Shown one piece after another: positions 34,730 to 45,215 of a stretch of DNA of 64,000 nucleotides. Below the pieces are notes generated by a model that was not told the origin of the DNA, ran no database searches, and saw only the letters and a list, made by a program, of their open reading frames with translations. Origin of the DNA: a virus; the IMG/VR virus record IMGVR_UViG_3300031251_000010, positions 11,810-75,809 of that record; one strand, given 5' to 3'. A program made the translations under genes and the position numbers. Positions within the stretch are counted from its first letter, which is position 1, and every line of letters starts with the position of its first letter.

Positions 34730-35211
34730 AGTGTGCTCTCCGCTCTTTTGATGATCGCCACGCCCGCCGCCCGATACGCGAGCGCCTGTACTACGTGCTG
34801 TGGCAACGGTTCCGGTGTCTTGTTGATCGAGACTTTGCGCCGTACCTCGATGCGCCCGTGCGGGTGAACCCACCACAGGCCGCATCCGTAGACGGGTGGG
34901 TGTTCGATGAGTTCGGCAGGGACGACGTACACAAATCGATGGCACACGCGGCGCCAGGGTTGGACCTTCTCCCAGGTCTCCCTCGCAGCATCGGCCTTGG
35001 AGACCTTGATCTCGATCGCGGTGCGCTCCAAGCTGTCGAACATCAACGCGTCGATCCGGCGCGTGTAGGGCTGGCCGTGCCCATCGGGCAGCTCAGCCCA
35101 AGTTGGATGGTCGTCGTGGATCACTACTTCGGGTACCAGCGCTGCACCACTATGGTGTTTGCGCAGTGCAGTGAGCACATCAGCGGCGTTCATCGGTACT
35201 GGCACGGTCAC
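34726..35211 (-). CDS. MmcB-like PD-(D/E)xK nuclease
   Basis: PEV...RRIDALM...AIEIKVSKAD...CHRFVYVVP...GL. Confidence 0.75.
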   Translation of the reverse strand: MTVPVPMNAADVLTALRKHHSGAALVPEVVIHDDHPTWAELPDGHGQPYTRRIDALMFDSLERTAIEIKVSKADAARETWEKVQPWRRVCHRFVYVVPAELIEHPPVYGCGLWWVHPHGRIEVRRKVSINKTPEPLPQHVVQALAYRAAGVAIIKRAESTL

Positions 35212-35849
35212 GAGCCGTCACCCCGATTCAGGAACTCGATGCCTTCGGCGAGGGTGTCGATACCGACCGGCGCCATGTTCCATGCGTCCACACCCACGTG
35301 GAGTTGCCGTTGGTGCACGAACGGCAGATAGCTTGCGGTGCTGTGGGTATGCCCGTGGAGAAGCCACGCGCCCTCATCACGGAGCCGGTATTGGTTGTAG
35401 CGCTCAGCAGTCGTGCGGTCGCACTGATAGGGCAGGTGTGACATGAGTACCGTTCGGCCGCCGATACGACGCCGCGCGAACGGCTGCACCGACTGAAACA
35501 CCTGGAGGTAATCGCGTTGCCACTTGTGGGCGTCGCGGTACATAGGGTGACAGCGGTCATGGTTACCCGGCACCAGATGCTTCTCCCCTGGCCTCCGGAA
35601 CAACCAAGCAAGGGCCTTCATCTGTGCGGTATTGGTGCCAGAACTGTTGTCCCCCAAGTCCCATACCTGGTCCTCTGGATGAACGATCGCGTCCCACTTC
35701 TCCGCCAAGGTTCGGTCGTGCCACTCGATGGCCGCGAGCTCCCGATCCACAGGGTTGGCAGGCAGGGCGATACCGGCCCGTTCCGCCCGGATCACAGCGA
35801 CCAGTCCATGCCCGATATGGAGGTCCGCAACAAACCAGACGGTCGTCAT
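35208..35849 (-). CDS. Calcineurin-like metallophosphoesterase
   Basis: ADLHIGH, LGD, PGNHD, SHLP, LHGHTH, HVGVD. Confidence 0.9.
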   Translation of the reverse strand: MTTVWFVADLHIGHGLVAVIRAERAGIALPANPVDRELAAIEWHDRTLAEKWDAIVHPEDQVWDLGDNSSGTNTAQMKALAWLFRRPGEKHLVPGNHDRCHPMYRDAHKWQRDYLQVFQSVQPFARRRIGGRTVLMSHLPYQCDRTTAERYNQYRLRDEGAWLLHGHTHSTASYLPFVHQRQLHVGVDAWNMAPVGIDTLAEGIEFLNRGDGS

Positions 35850-36172
35850 TGGGCGACCGCCTCGAACGCCCATGCACCATTGGACTTGACGGCCCGGTAG
35901 CGGCCAGGCGGGACCGGTCGTCCATTGAGGTTGGCCAGGTAGGCCGCCAGGGGGCATTGAAAGAGGTCAAAGTCCAGGCGCTCGCATAGCGGGTGCTGGA
36001 TTGTGAAATCACTGTGCCCGATCTTGACGATATGCTCGATCTCGCTGTCGCCCAGAATGTCTGATACGGCGGTCGGTTTCGGGCAGTCCCAAAACGTGCA
36101 GGTGACGTAACCGCCTTCGCCAACGGCCAAGGTTTGACCACACCCCATCGGGCAATGCCCATTGACTCTCAT
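35846..36172 (-). CDS. Cys-rich hypothetical protein
   Basis: CPMGCG...C...C. Confidence 0.6.
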   Translation of the reverse strand: MRVNGHCPMGCGQTLAVGEGGYVTCTFWDCPKPTAVSDILGDSEIEHIVKIGHSDFTIQHPLCERLDFDLFQCPLAAYLANLNGRPVPPGRYRAVKSNGAWAFEAVAQ

Positions 36173-37086
36173 CGCTCACTCGCTTTCGGGTACTGGTTCC
36201 ACGTGCGCCCGTCCAGCTCGCGTCCAGCCGCCTTCTTGCCGACGCGCATGACGAATGCGTGCGGGTCACTGAGGTTCGCCCAATCCCGGTAGCGGTGACC
36301 GGTGTTCGGGGTCCACTCGCCCCACTGTTTGAACAGGAACGACACACCGGCGGCCATGCACTGATCGCGCAGCGAGCGCGCCCAATCGGGATGCATCGGC
36401 CTTGCGCCAGGCCCGGATTCACCGCCGACGACCACCCAGTCGAGAGCTGGCACGTCGTACTTGGTGTCGTCATTCTCGACAAACCGGGCGATGTCCAGCG
36501 GCCCGAGTAGCGGCTCGGCGCTGATCCACCGCACGGCAGCCGGGGTGTCGAGCAGTGCCGGGATGCGGAGGTCGGCGCGCTTCTGGTCCTCTGCGCTCAC
36601 GCCCAGCCAGACGTTAGGCAGCGGCCAGCGCTCGGCAGGGTCGGTCCCAAGCGATTCAGATTCGTCAGGACCGTCTTCCACGCTCCAGGCGTCCCATACC
36701 AACTGGAGAAAGTCTCTTGAATTCAAAAGCGCCCGCATCCGGCCGTGACGCTTGGTGAGTATCTGAAATGTGTGTTGTGGTGCGAGTGCCATGACGGCGA
36801 ACACGCGGGCGATGTACTCGTCAGGCACCTTGTCGTGGAACAGGTCTGACATCGAGTTGACGAAGACGCGGCGCGGCTCTTCCCACTTCTTCGAAAGCGG
36901 TAACTCAAGCATGTTGGGGCGCAACTGAACATCGAAACCGTGCTCGAAGTGGTGACCCGGTGTGCCACGGAATCGCTCGGCCAGGGTTTCGGCGTAGCAG
37001 TGGTCACAACCGGGAGACACCTTGTCGCAGCCTGTAACCGGATTCCACGTCGCGTCGGTCCATTCGATGCCGGTCTTGTCACCCAT
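36169..37086 (-). CDS. DUF5131 (phage Gp37/Gp68) radical-SAM-like protein
   Basis: IEWTDATWNPVTGCDKVSPGCDHCYA, FVNSMSDLFH, SAEPLLG, VVVGGESG, FKQWG. Confidence 0.93.
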   Translation of the reverse strand: MGDKTGIEWTDATWNPVTGCDKVSPGCDHCYAETLAERFRGTPGHHFEHGFDVQLRPNMLELPLSKKWEEPRRVFVNSMSDLFHDKVPDEYIARVFAVMALAPQHTFQILTKRHGRMRALLNSRDFLQLVWDAWSVEDGPDESESLGTDPAERWPLPNVWLGVSAEDQKRADLRIPALLDTPAAVRWISAEPLLGPLDIARFVENDDTKYDVPALDWVVVGGESGPGARPMHPDWARSLRDQCMAAGVSFLFKQWGEWTPNTGHRYRDWANLSDPHAFVMRVGKKAAGRELDGRTWNQYPKASER

Positions 37087-37432
37087 GGCCGTTCCCTTTC
37101 ACGGAGTGCAGCTCGCGCGCCTCGATGGGGTGCCGTTCCTCGAAGGAAGTCCCGTAGCCGCATACGGTGCAGCTGCCTCCGTAACTAACTGTCACGACGC
37201 CGGTTTCGGCACCGTAGATCTCGTAGTCCTCGCGAAACGTCTTCTCCAGCGGCCATTCCCGGATAGCGGCGACGGCTGCCCCGGCTTGTGCCCGTAGGGC
37301 GTCGTACTCGTCTTGCGGGATCGTGCCGTATGCGTGCTCTAACCGCTTCTGTTCCTTGGCTATCCGCTCAGCGATATCGCCGTCGTGTTTGGTCCGGCAG
37401 GCGTAGCAGGTGGTCCAGTTGTCGGCGCTCAC
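37079..37432 (-). CDS. Hypothetical Zn-ribbon protein
   Basis: MSADNW.TC..C...TFREDYEI...CTVCG. Confidence 0.65.
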   Translation of the reverse strand: MSADNWTTCYACRTKHDGDIAERIAKEQKRLEHAYGTIPQDEYDALRAQAGAAVAAIREWPLEKTFREDYEIYGAETGVVTVSYGGSCTVCGYGTSFEERHPIEARELHSVKGNGHG

Positions 37433-37893
37433 CGGGCTGCCGCCTCAGCCACAGAGCTGAGCAGCTTCGCGACCGCGCGGGTCAGGTTGCTGCCACCTAT
37501 GCCGTAGCCGCGCTCCAGGCGCCCGGCGGCTGCCGCGTACATTGAGGCATCGGTATCGTGTGGCCCCTTGTGTGCAACCCGTGGGACCTGAACGACCACA
37601 TGCCCTTCCTCGGCCAACATCTCCCGAATGCAGGCGATCACGCTTCCGGCATCGCCGCCCAATTCCAGTTCCTCAGCGGCGGTGCCGTTCAACACGTCCC
37701 AAATCCCCTGAGATGGCGGAACGTTCGTAGTATCCGGCTCCGTCTCGAACTCGCGGCCCTCGTTCCGGTGCCCGAGCGGGCAGTGGAATGGGTGCCCGCT
37801 AAGCCACAACGGCACACCGAAGTAGGTGTCGCAGTGGTCGCAGATCACCGCTTCCAGAACGAGCTTTACTCTCAGATTCGGCATCTTGATCAC
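37429..37893 (-). CDS. Hypothetical phage protein
   Basis: CDHC...FHCPLGH. Confidence 0.55.
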   Translation of the reverse strand: MIKMPNLRVKLVLEAVICDHCDTYFGVPLWLSGHPFHCPLGHRNEGREFETEPDTTNVPPSQGIWDVLNGTAAEELELGGDAGSVIACIREMLAEEGHVVVQVPRVAHKGPHDTDASMYAAAAGRLERGYGIGGSNLTRAVAKLLSSVAEAAAR

Positions 37894-38171
37894 CGTTCCT
37901 TGCTGTCCGGGTTGAAGACATTGAGATTTCTTGTCTCACCTTCGATTCCGAGGAGTCGTTCGCGGACCTCGCGGCGTACTTCTTCCATAGCGGCCGGATC
38001 TGCTTTGATCGCGCGAACGAGGGCGTTGGAAACGCGGTCGGCCTCGGCGTCGTCGCCCTGGCTGTAGTTGAGGGCACAACTGGCGGCGCCCGTCATGAAG
38101 CCGTCGAGATATATGTCGATGAGGACGCTCGAATCGAGCGGCTGCACGATCACTTTCGTCTTGTCGGTCAT
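37890..38171 (-). CDS. Hypothetical phage protein
   Basis: Coupled ORF. Confidence 0.55.
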   Translation of the reverse strand: MTDKTKVIVQPLDSSVLIDIYLDGFMTGAASCALNYSQGDDAEADRVSNALVRAIKADPAAMEEVRREVRERLLGIEGETRNLNVFNPDSKER

Positions 38172-38830
38172 GCGCATTCTCCTGCGTGCTGGCACCAGCA
38201 TTTGGGGCATACGTCCCGTATGTCGGTGGGGGTTACTGGATTTGGGCACCTGGTGTGTACGAGCGCGTCTTCCTCGTAGCGGACTTCATCTCCGCGATGG
38301 ATCGCGTCATCGCCGTAGTCGCACCATCCGCCGAACTCGGCGCGGAACGGACGACTGCTACTCATCGCTGGAGTCCGATGTTGTCTCCGGCGTCACCGAG
38401 CCCTAGGACGTACTGGAGGCCGGGGTTGTCGTACAGGTCGAATGTCATGGTCATGCTGCTCAGCAGGCGGACGTTGTGCCCGCGCCGAGCGCGGTGGCGG
38501 GCCGCGAACTGTTCGGCTTGCTTTGCACCGTCCCGGCCACCGGGGAATTCCCACGCGGCCTTCACTTCATGGCCGTATTCCTCGTCCTTTGTGGTGGGGC
38601 AGTCCTGGCACTCGGCGACCCATTTCCGCTCTTCACCTTTAGGATTCACGTCTGCGTCCCGTACTCGGTGATGTGCCCGGCGGCGACCTGGGCCAACGCT
38701 TCGATGAGATCCACCGTCTCGCCTAGATGTTCGTAGGTCGTTCCCCACTGCATCCAGCCGAGGGGCGCGATCTGAAACTTGCGGGTCACGCCATCGGTGG
38801 TGGTGATCTGGCCGCGTATCAGCTGGACCT

Positions 38831-39193
38831 TCACGGGTACATCCCCAACACCCGGTACGTGCGCGTCACGTGACGGGAGACGCCATCCCAGTGGAGGTGG
38901 CCCATGGCGCACGCCTGGCACACCCAGAGGGTGTCTGGTGCGGTGAGCTGGTCCATCATGCGTGGGCACAGCTCGCACGACACCTTGATGACGGAGCCCA
39001 CGGCAGGCGGCTTCTGGGTGCCGTTCCCCTCTGCTACCGGCGCGGGTGCGGGCGTGATGGTGGAGCGGAGGCCGGTGATCCAATCGAGAAGCTGTTGCCC
39101 CTCAGAGCTCTCGATAGTGTCAGCAGCACGGCGAACGGCTTTCGCCGCGTACCGGGCTCCGACCTCAAGAATTTCGGCGAGATTGCTTGCCAT
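38831..39193 (-). CDS. Hypothetical phage protein
   Basis: AGGAG RBS; CELC..CQAC. Confidence 0.55.
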   Translation of the reverse strand: MASNLAEILEVGARYAAKAVRRAADTIESSEGQQLLDWITGLRSTITPAPAPVAEGNGTQKPPAVGSVIKVSCELCPRMMDQLTAPDTLWVCQACAMGHLHWDGVSRHVTRTYRVLGMYP

Positions 39194-39475
39194 GCTTGGT
39201 ATCTCCTAGTAGTCGGCGCTGTCGGCGGTTCAGCCCGAACGGGGATGGTTGCTCCTCGCGCTTCCGCTTCGTGGGCTGCCGGCGGGGGATCGGGCGGAAC
39301 GTGACCTTCGTGTTGTCGGTGGCCGGGTCGTAGACCGCTGACACCGGGGCGTAGTAGGCGCCGTGCAGGTCGGGGCCGAACGGGTGGGTGTCGGCCATGA
39401 TGTGGGCGGCGATGTCACCTCGATAGTTGGCGGTGCTCCGGGCGGCGCCGGGGAACAGGTCTGCGAACTCAGGCA

Positions 39476-39853
39476 TCAGGACGCCACCTTCCGGCGGCGC
39501 CATAGGCCCTGGACTTCTTCGACGGAGCTGCGATGGCGGTAGGCGTCGCCGGGGCAAGCCTCCACCAGCACTTCCTTGCCCCATTGCTTCTCACACCGTG
39601 TGCCCCAGCGCCGCACCTTCTCCACATCGGTGGACTCCGGGACCAGCGCTTCCAACCAGCCGTGTTGGTCTAGGAGGAACTCCTGGCAGAAGTCCCTAGC
39701 CCTCGGCACCTGGTTGATGGTGATCGTTCCGCCGGTCATAAACCCGAGGAGCGCCTGCACTTCGCGGACGTTGCAGAGCGCGCCTTCGGGGAGCCCGGCG
39801 GCGACGGTCAGGACAGCGGCGAGCGGGAACCGTTCCTTGTGTGGGCGGCTCAT
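39476..39853 (-). CDS. Conserved hypothetical protein (paralog of 14661-15050)
   Basis: FPLAAVLTV...LLGFMTG...QVPRA..C...LLDQHGWL. Confidence 0.65.
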   Translation of the reverse strand: MSRPHKERFPLAAVLTVAAGLPEGALCNVREVQALLGFMTGGTITINQVPRARDFCQEFLLDQHGWLEALVPESTDVEKVRRWGTRCEKQWGKEVLVEACPGDAYRHRSSVEEVQGLWRRRKVAS

Positions 39854-40064
39854 TCAGTCCTCCAGGTGGGGTCACCGATGAACGGGGCTTTGGCCTCGAC
39901 AGACGGCCCAGCGATGTAGGCGGATTCGGACAGCAGCTCGAACAGGGCAAGCGATGAGTTCAGTTGCGCCTCCGCGATGAGCGGGGCTGACTGTGCGCCG
40001 CGGAGGCCCTGCGCCTCTTCGTAGAGACGCAGGGCTTCCTCGTGGCGTTCGGCAGCAGACACGA

Positions 40065-40916
40065 CTACCGGCTGGACTCAGTGGTGAACGGCTGAACCGG
40101 CTCCGGCGCAGGGCCGTACGCAATCGGCAAGCTGTCGGTGACCTTCGCGACCTCCGCGTCGAACGCCGCGTCGACAACTTCCTGTGCCCGGTCCAGCTTG
40201 TATCCGAACGCAACGCCTTGCGGCCCCAGCCGGTACATGAAGTTCGCCAACAGTTCGTAACGCTCTCCTCGCTCGTAGATCGGGAGTCTCAGCGTGAGTA
40301 CCTGCGGGATCTCGACTGTCCCGGCCGTGCCGCCGCCCGCCTCCGAGGTCTCTTCGACGTACTCGAACTGGACCTCGCCATTGGCGATATCCCGAGCCGA
40401 TTTGAACGAGAGGGACCGCTTGGCTTGGAACTTCCGCACGATCTCCACCAAGTCGGCCGCCGGAGGGTTGTAGATCTCGGAGAGGCCATCCTGGAGGTGT
40501 TCGGCGAATATGGCCTGGGGCAGGAAATCGCCGTCCAGGCGGGCCCAGTGCTCCCATTCTCGAGAGTGCTTCAAGTGCAGAGCGATCCGGTGATCACCCC
40601 AGCCCTCGTAGTTGAGGATCGCGGTTACCCGGTTATTGGCGCGGTCGGCGAAACCGAGAGCGTCGAGGTGCTGGACCTTAGCCAGGAGCAGGTTCAGGCT
40701 GTCGGCATCCAGGACCGCCGTTGTACCGCGTTGGCGGCGCGGGTTCGGTAGGTACTTCTCCAGCGAATGAAACTGCTGGCTCTCGTCATTTCGGACCGTG
40801 TACGTGAAAACATCTGCTGTATCGGGTGATACAGCGTCTACGCGCTCTGCGGCAAGCCGCGCTAGGTCGGCTGTGGCATCGATCTCGGTACGGGAATTGT
40901 GGTCGTTGAATGGCAT
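40065..40916 (-). CDS. DUF2303 (YfdQ-like) protein
   Basis: SLEKYLPNPRRQRG, AILNY..GWGDHR, QAIFAEHLQD, LRLPIYE. Confidence 0.85.
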   Translation of the reverse strand: MPFNDHNSRTEIDATADLARLAAERVDAVSPDTADVFTYTVRNDESQQFHSLEKYLPNPRRQRGTTAVLDADSLNLLLAKVQHLDALGFADRANNRVTAILNYEGWGDHRIALHLKHSREWEHWARLDGDFLPQAIFAEHLQDGLSEIYNPPAADLVEIVRKFQAKRSLSFKSARDIANGEVQFEYVEETSEAGGGTAGTVEIPQVLTLRLPIYERGERYELLANFMYRLGPQGVAFGYKLDRAQEVVDAAFDAEVAKVTDSLPIAYGPAPEPVQPFTTESSR

Positions 40917-41291
40917 CTAGTTGGCTTCCTTTCTGGTTTTGTCCTCGGTTGGCACCGGGGTGGGTACGGCTTGGATGGAGTTGAAATCGAGCTGATTCGG
41001 GTCGGACCTCGTGGGGTTGCCGTCTTTATCCACGAACCACAGGGAACGCGTCCGGTCAGGCTTCGGGAGCTTGGGCGTCACGTCGTCGTCAATGATGAGC
41101 ATTGGAGTCTTCTTCTCCTGCGACACAACTAAAGTCAGCGTGAGCGAGCCCTTCTTACCCGTGGCCTTGACCGCCGCTAGAAGATCGTGGAGCCCCTTGG
41201 ACAGCTCGTCGTGAACGCGGCCCTTATTGAGTTCCTGGAGGAACGCCGCGAACGGACGGACAACCGCCTCGTCCTCGTCAGGCTCAGCCAT
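40917..41291 (-). CDS. YfdP-like partner of DUF2303
   Basis: F..FLQELNKG..HDELS...TGKKGSLTLTL...FVDKDGNPTRSDPNQ. Confidence 0.75.
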   Translation of the reverse strand: MAEPDEDEAVVRPFAAFLQELNKGRVHDELSKGLHDLLAAVKATGKKGSLTLTLVVSQEKKTPMLIIDDDVTPKLPKPDRTRSLWFVDKDGNPTRSDPNQLDFNSIQAVPTPVPTEDKTRKEAN

Positions 41292-41631
41292 GGGTCGCCA
41301 CCCCATTCGGCGTGAGCGGCTGCTCCGAGTCCTTCTGGGGCGGAACCCATCCGGCATTCATGAAGCGGACCATGGCCTCCCTGAACTCAGGCGTGTTCTC
41401 ACCGAATGCTGCACTGATTTGCGCCTTGGCTGCGACGTTGGAAAGCAAGTAGGCGGCCCGCTTGGGCACCTTCCCCTCCTCTCCCAGGGCCTCGATCTTG
41501 CTCGCCGCGCTTTCAGCCACCTTGAGGACGGTGGTGATCATCAGCTCGGTTGCGACATCGAACTTGGCTTCACCAATTGGTGTTTCAGCCTCGGGCGGTG
41601 GCCCCGGAGGGAACTCTCTTCCGAACAACAT
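41284..41631 (-). CDS. Hypothetical phage protein
   Basis: AGGAG RBS; coupled. Confidence 0.55.
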   Translation of the reverse strand: MLFGREFPPGPPPEAETPIGEAKFDVATELMITTVLKVAESAASKIEALGEEGKVPKRAAYLLSNVAAKAQISAAFGENTPEFREAMVRFMNAGWVPPQKDSEQPLTPNGVATHG

Positions 41632-41635
41632 TCGG

Positions 41636-42730
41636 CTACTTCTCCTTCTCGGTGTTGGTCAGGACGGCGATGACTTCGGCGACCTGGTCGTCGGACAGCG
41701 AGTCGATGTCCGTGACTTCTTGAGATACGCACTGGGACAGGAACTCCAGAGCTTCCTTCATGCCCTGCTTGGTGCGGAGCTGGTACTTCTCGGCCGTGAG
41801 CAGGTCACGGACGTTCTGGATGGCGGCGCGGTCGGCTTTGCCGCTGCCGGGCGGCGGGGTGTTGTCACCGCCGTCCGGCGCGGTGGCCTCCTGTGCCTCC
41901 GTTGCTACTGGCGCTGGCTCGGGTTCTAGTGCCGGGACGGGCTCTACGGTGGTGTCCGGCTGGCTGGGTTCCGGCCCCTGTTCCGTCGTCTCGACTGCCT
42001 GCCGGCGTTCCTCGATTGCGGCTTGCAGCCCAGCGAGGCCCTTCTGTTGCGCAGGCGGGCGGACGACCCGCTGTACCGACACTGTCTCCGAGAGCTGTAG
42101 TTCCTCGACGGAATGGCTCATGCCGAGGAGTACGTCCTGGAACAGGATTCGGCAGACTTCGGCTTGCGCTTTGGCGCGTAGCATCTCGGTCGGCTGCTTC
42201 TGGTACTTCTCGTTGCTTGTGAACCCTGCTGTCTTGGCGCGTTCGATAGTCCACTCGGATGAGGCGGGCTTGCCGTCGCGCCGCCCCGCCCATACGACGC
42301 GCTCGGGCGACGCAGCGACCTCCCAGACCCCATCGCCGTCAGGGCCACCGGTTCCGTTGTTGTCGATCCAGCGCCGGACCTGCGCCACCATGGTCTTGCT
42401 GTAGACACCCGGCGATCCGTGGACCGTGAACACGTTCTGCGCGGCCTGCATCGCGGACATACCGAGCTCGGCGCCATACATGATGGCGGCGGCTAAATCC
42501 TGCGCTGCTCTGTCCCCAAGAGGTTCCCGCTGCCCCTTCGGAATGTGTGTCTGCTGGAAGTGCAGCGGCACCATCGACGTTTTCGACAGGGACTTCGCCA
42601 TGTTGTAGGCGGTCTGGAGCGCGCGGGCTTCTGCCTCCATCCGCTTGATCGCGGGAGTGGTCGGCTCATCCATGAACACTTCTGGCAGTGGTGGAACATC
42701 CACCTGGACGATGTCGGTGGTTTCGGACAT
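41636..42730 (-). CDS. RecT-like single-strand annealing protein
   Basis: AIMYGAELGMSAMQAAQNV..VHGSP, WTIERAK.AG, PTEML.AKA...R; follows the exonuclease gene. Confidence 0.7.
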   Translation of the reverse strand: MSETTDIVQVDVPPLPEVFMDEPTTPAIKRMEAEARALQTAYNMAKSLSKTSMVPLHFQQTHIPKGQREPLGDRAAQDLAAAIMYGAELGMSAMQAAQNVFTVHGSPGVYSKTMVAQVRRWIDNNGTGGPDGDGVWEVAASPERVVWAGRRDGKPASSEWTIERAKTAGFTSNEKYQKQPTEMLRAKAQAEVCRILFQDVLLGMSHSVEELQLSETVSVQRVVRPPAQQKGLAGLQAAIEERRQAVETTEQGPEPSQPDTTVEPVPALEPEPAPVATEAQEATAPDGGDNTPPPGSGKADRAAIQNVRDLLTAEKYQLRTKQGMKEALEFLSQCVSQEVTDIDSLSDDQVAEVIAVLTNTEKEK

Positions 42731-42753
42731 TGCTGGTTCTCCTTCTGGTTGTT

Positions 42754-43647
42754 TCACTGGACCGCGTACAGGGACACCGATCCGCCCCTGCCTGGTTGTC
42801 TGCGGGCGATACGGACGCCGCCCGCTGTCGCGTACTGGGCATCGCCCATAAGGTCGAGAATCTTTGTCTTGGCGCCGCGTTCGCGGTTCGCGGCCTCTTT
42901 CGATTCCGACACTGCGGCAAGGAACTCGGAGCCGTCCTCGGCGGTGACGTTCACGGTGATCCCGCGCGCGATATCGGGATGCTGCTCGCGAACGAACTCG
43001 TAAGTAGCCACCGAGTTATCGAGAGAAGGCGGATCACTCGCTTCGAGCGAGTCCCAGAACTCCTTGCACGCCTTGATGATCGCGGCCGCAGCCGCCATGT
43101 TGTACGGGATTACGTACGTGTGGTGCTGAAACCGCGGACCCATCACCACAAGGTGTGCGGGCTCTTTCGTCAGCCCCGAGAACACCTGCTGGGTAAGAAC
43201 TTGAGTGAAGTAGTCCGGCGGCGCTTCATCGGTGAAGTCGTCGCCCCACTCCTCCAACGAGCGGGCGATCTTGAACTCCACATCGCGGCGAGTCCGGCCC
43301 CGACGCCCGCGCCGGTCCAACGTGACCAGATAAGGGAATCCGAACTTGTCCGGGTCACCGACGTACTGGACCTCGCCGGGCGAAAGCTGCCAGCCGGGGT
43401 TGTCGTACCGCCAGAGCTCGGCGAGCGCGAGCTCGAACGCATGCCCAACCCGGAAGATGTCCTTCTCCGGCTCCGGTGCCGCGAGGCCCTTCATCCGGTG
43501 CCACAGGCAATACGGCGAATCCCAACGCGAGAGGCCCATGATTGCCGCCACCTTGGAGGGGCTGATGAGCTCCGAGTGCTCCGGTGTGCCCGGAGCGATG
43601 AACCCCGGTTCGCCGGGCCGGTAGATCCCCGGCTTGATATCAGTCAT
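42754..43647 (-). CDS. YqaJ/RecE-like exonuclease
   Basis: ISPSKVAAIMGLSRWDSPYCLW..MKG, GHAFE, TLDR, VEFK, PPDY..QV. Confidence 0.85.
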   Translation of the reverse strand: MTDIKPGIYRPGEPGFIAPGTPEHSELISPSKVAAIMGLSRWDSPYCLWHRMKGLAAPEPEKDIFRVGHAFELALAELWRYDNPGWQLSPGEVQYVGDPDKFGFPYLVTLDRRGRRGRTRRDVEFKIARSLEEWGDDFTDEAPPDYFTQVLTQQVFSGLTKEPAHLVVMGPRFQHHTYVIPYNMAAAAAIIKACKEFWDSLEASDPPSLDNSVATYEFVREQHPDIARGITVNVTAEDGSEFLAAVSESKEAANRERGAKTKILDLMGDAQYATAGGVRIARRQPGRGGSVSLYAVQ

Positions 43648-44012
43648 CGCATGTTCTTCCCTGCTGGTAGGTAGTTGTCGTGAAGCCAGAGGTCCGGCTG
43701 CCGGTTCGGCCGGTTCCGCACCGGCACCGCCGAGGGCGAGATCTGTGGGTGGCCGGGGATGGCGAGACCGACCGATTGCGCCCATTCCGGGTTGACCGTG
43801 ACGGCCCGGTGGTCGGCCCCGCAGAGGTCGATGATGTTGGCGGGGTGCCACTTCCCGCCTTGCGAGCGGTTGATCCGGTGGTGCTTCTCGGCGGCCTTCT
43901 CCTTGCCGCACCACTCGCACCACCCCATCGAGCGGCCACTGACGTGCACGCGGGTAAGCGGTTCATCCCAGTTGGTGATGAACTCCTCGTCCCAGATCGA
44001 CGGCGCGGTCAT
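43644..44012 (-). CDS. HNH endonuclease
   Basis: CEWCG...HHRINRSQGG.W.PANIIDLCG.DH. Confidence 0.8.
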   Translation of the reverse strand: MTAPSIWDEEFITNWDEPLTRVHVSGRSMGWCEWCGKEKAAEKHHRINRSQGGKWHPANIIDLCGADHRAVTVNPEWAQSVGLAIPGHPQISPSAVPVRNRPNRQPDLWLHDNYLPAGKNMR

Positions 44013-44417
44013 TGGACCGGTCCGACGATTGACGACTTGGCCGGCAGGACATCGACGTGCAGAACGTCACCGGGGCTGAGTGGAGTGGCGCACTGCCACT
44101 CGTCGTAGCCATCATCGTCTTTCCCGACGTAGACAAGTTCGCAAACGATCTTCCGCCCATCGGCTTTGGTGATGGAGACGCCTTGCGGACGCTCAGGCTG
44201 CTCGCTCATTCGTCGTCCGGTTCGAGCGGTGTGTGGGCGGGCTTGGCTGTAAAGCTCCGCGCGAATTTCCGACCGGCTGCGGCTGCCGCTGCCTTCGTTG
44301 GGTATGGGCCGTAGTTGAAGTGCTCATTACCCTTGGGACTGGTCCACTTCCACGCAAACCCGTCGTTGTCCTTCCGGGGGAACGCCTCGACGGTGCCGGG
44401 TACCGGCTTGGTCTTGC

Positions 44418-45215
44418 TCACGCCGCGCCTTCTTCTTTGTTCGCGGACTTGATCCGTTCGAGCTGGCGCTTAACGGATTCCGGCTTCTGTTCGAGGCGTT
44501 CTGCGATCTCATTGACATCGCGGATACCCATGTCGTGCAGCTCCTCCAACCGCTCTTTGAACGGGCTGTGGTTGCTGCCCTCTATGGGTTTGGCCGCCGG
44601 GTCATCGATGGTGTCCTCGTCCCATTGGAGAGGTAGTGGCCAGCCCTTCTTGATGGCAAGGCGCCGTGCGATAGGGCTTGGCCCCTCAGTTATTTCGATT
44701 TTTTCGAACAGCTCTGATATCGCTAGGGCCTTCCCGGCAGTGATCTTCTTCGCCTTCCCCGCGTACAAACCGCCCAGGGCCGTTCGGTCAGCGATGCCGA
44801 GCAGCTGGGTGACCTGCGGTCCCCCGTAGCCGATCCGGGCTAGAGCGCGGAGTCGCCGGATGGTTCCGGTGGAGTCGATGAACGCGTTCGGGTTGGCTAG
44901 CTGGTGCGGCGCGGCGGCCGGGATAGCGAGTATCAGGTCGTGAGTGCGGCTGGAGCACCAATGCCGCCCCGGTTCCATCAGTTTGTAAAGGGTGGCGCGC
45001 TCCAACCCGGTGAGTGCCTGGATTTGGCGGAGCCCGATACCGGCGCCGCGTAGTTCACGGAGCCGCTGCTGCGGGGCATCGACGGGGCGCCGATCGTTGT
45101 CGAAGCGACCGTACGCACGCTGCCGTAACGTCCACTGTTTCAGGTGGTTCGCGCAGCGGCCACGCCCGACAGCGAGCTTCGGGCAACCCTCATGGATGCA
45201 CTGGCGGCGGCTCAT
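44418..45215 (-). CDS. Multi-HTH DNA-binding protein
   Basis: Zn-finger N-terminus; GIGLRQIQALTGL; GTIRRLRALARIGY; EIAERLEQKPESVKRQL. Confidence 0.7.
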   Translation of the reverse strand: MSRRQCIHEGCPKLAVGRGRCANHLKQWTLRQRAYGRFDNDRRPVDAPQQRLRELRGAGIGLRQIQALTGLERATLYKLMEPGRHWCSSRTHDLILAIPAAAPHQLANPNAFIDSTGTIRRLRALARIGYGGPQVTQLLGIADRTALGGLYAGKAKKITAGKALAISELFEKIEITEGPSPIARRLAIKKGWPLPLQWDEDTIDDPAAKPIEGSNHSPFKERLEELHDMGIRDVNEIAERLEQKPESVKRQLERIKSANKEEGAA

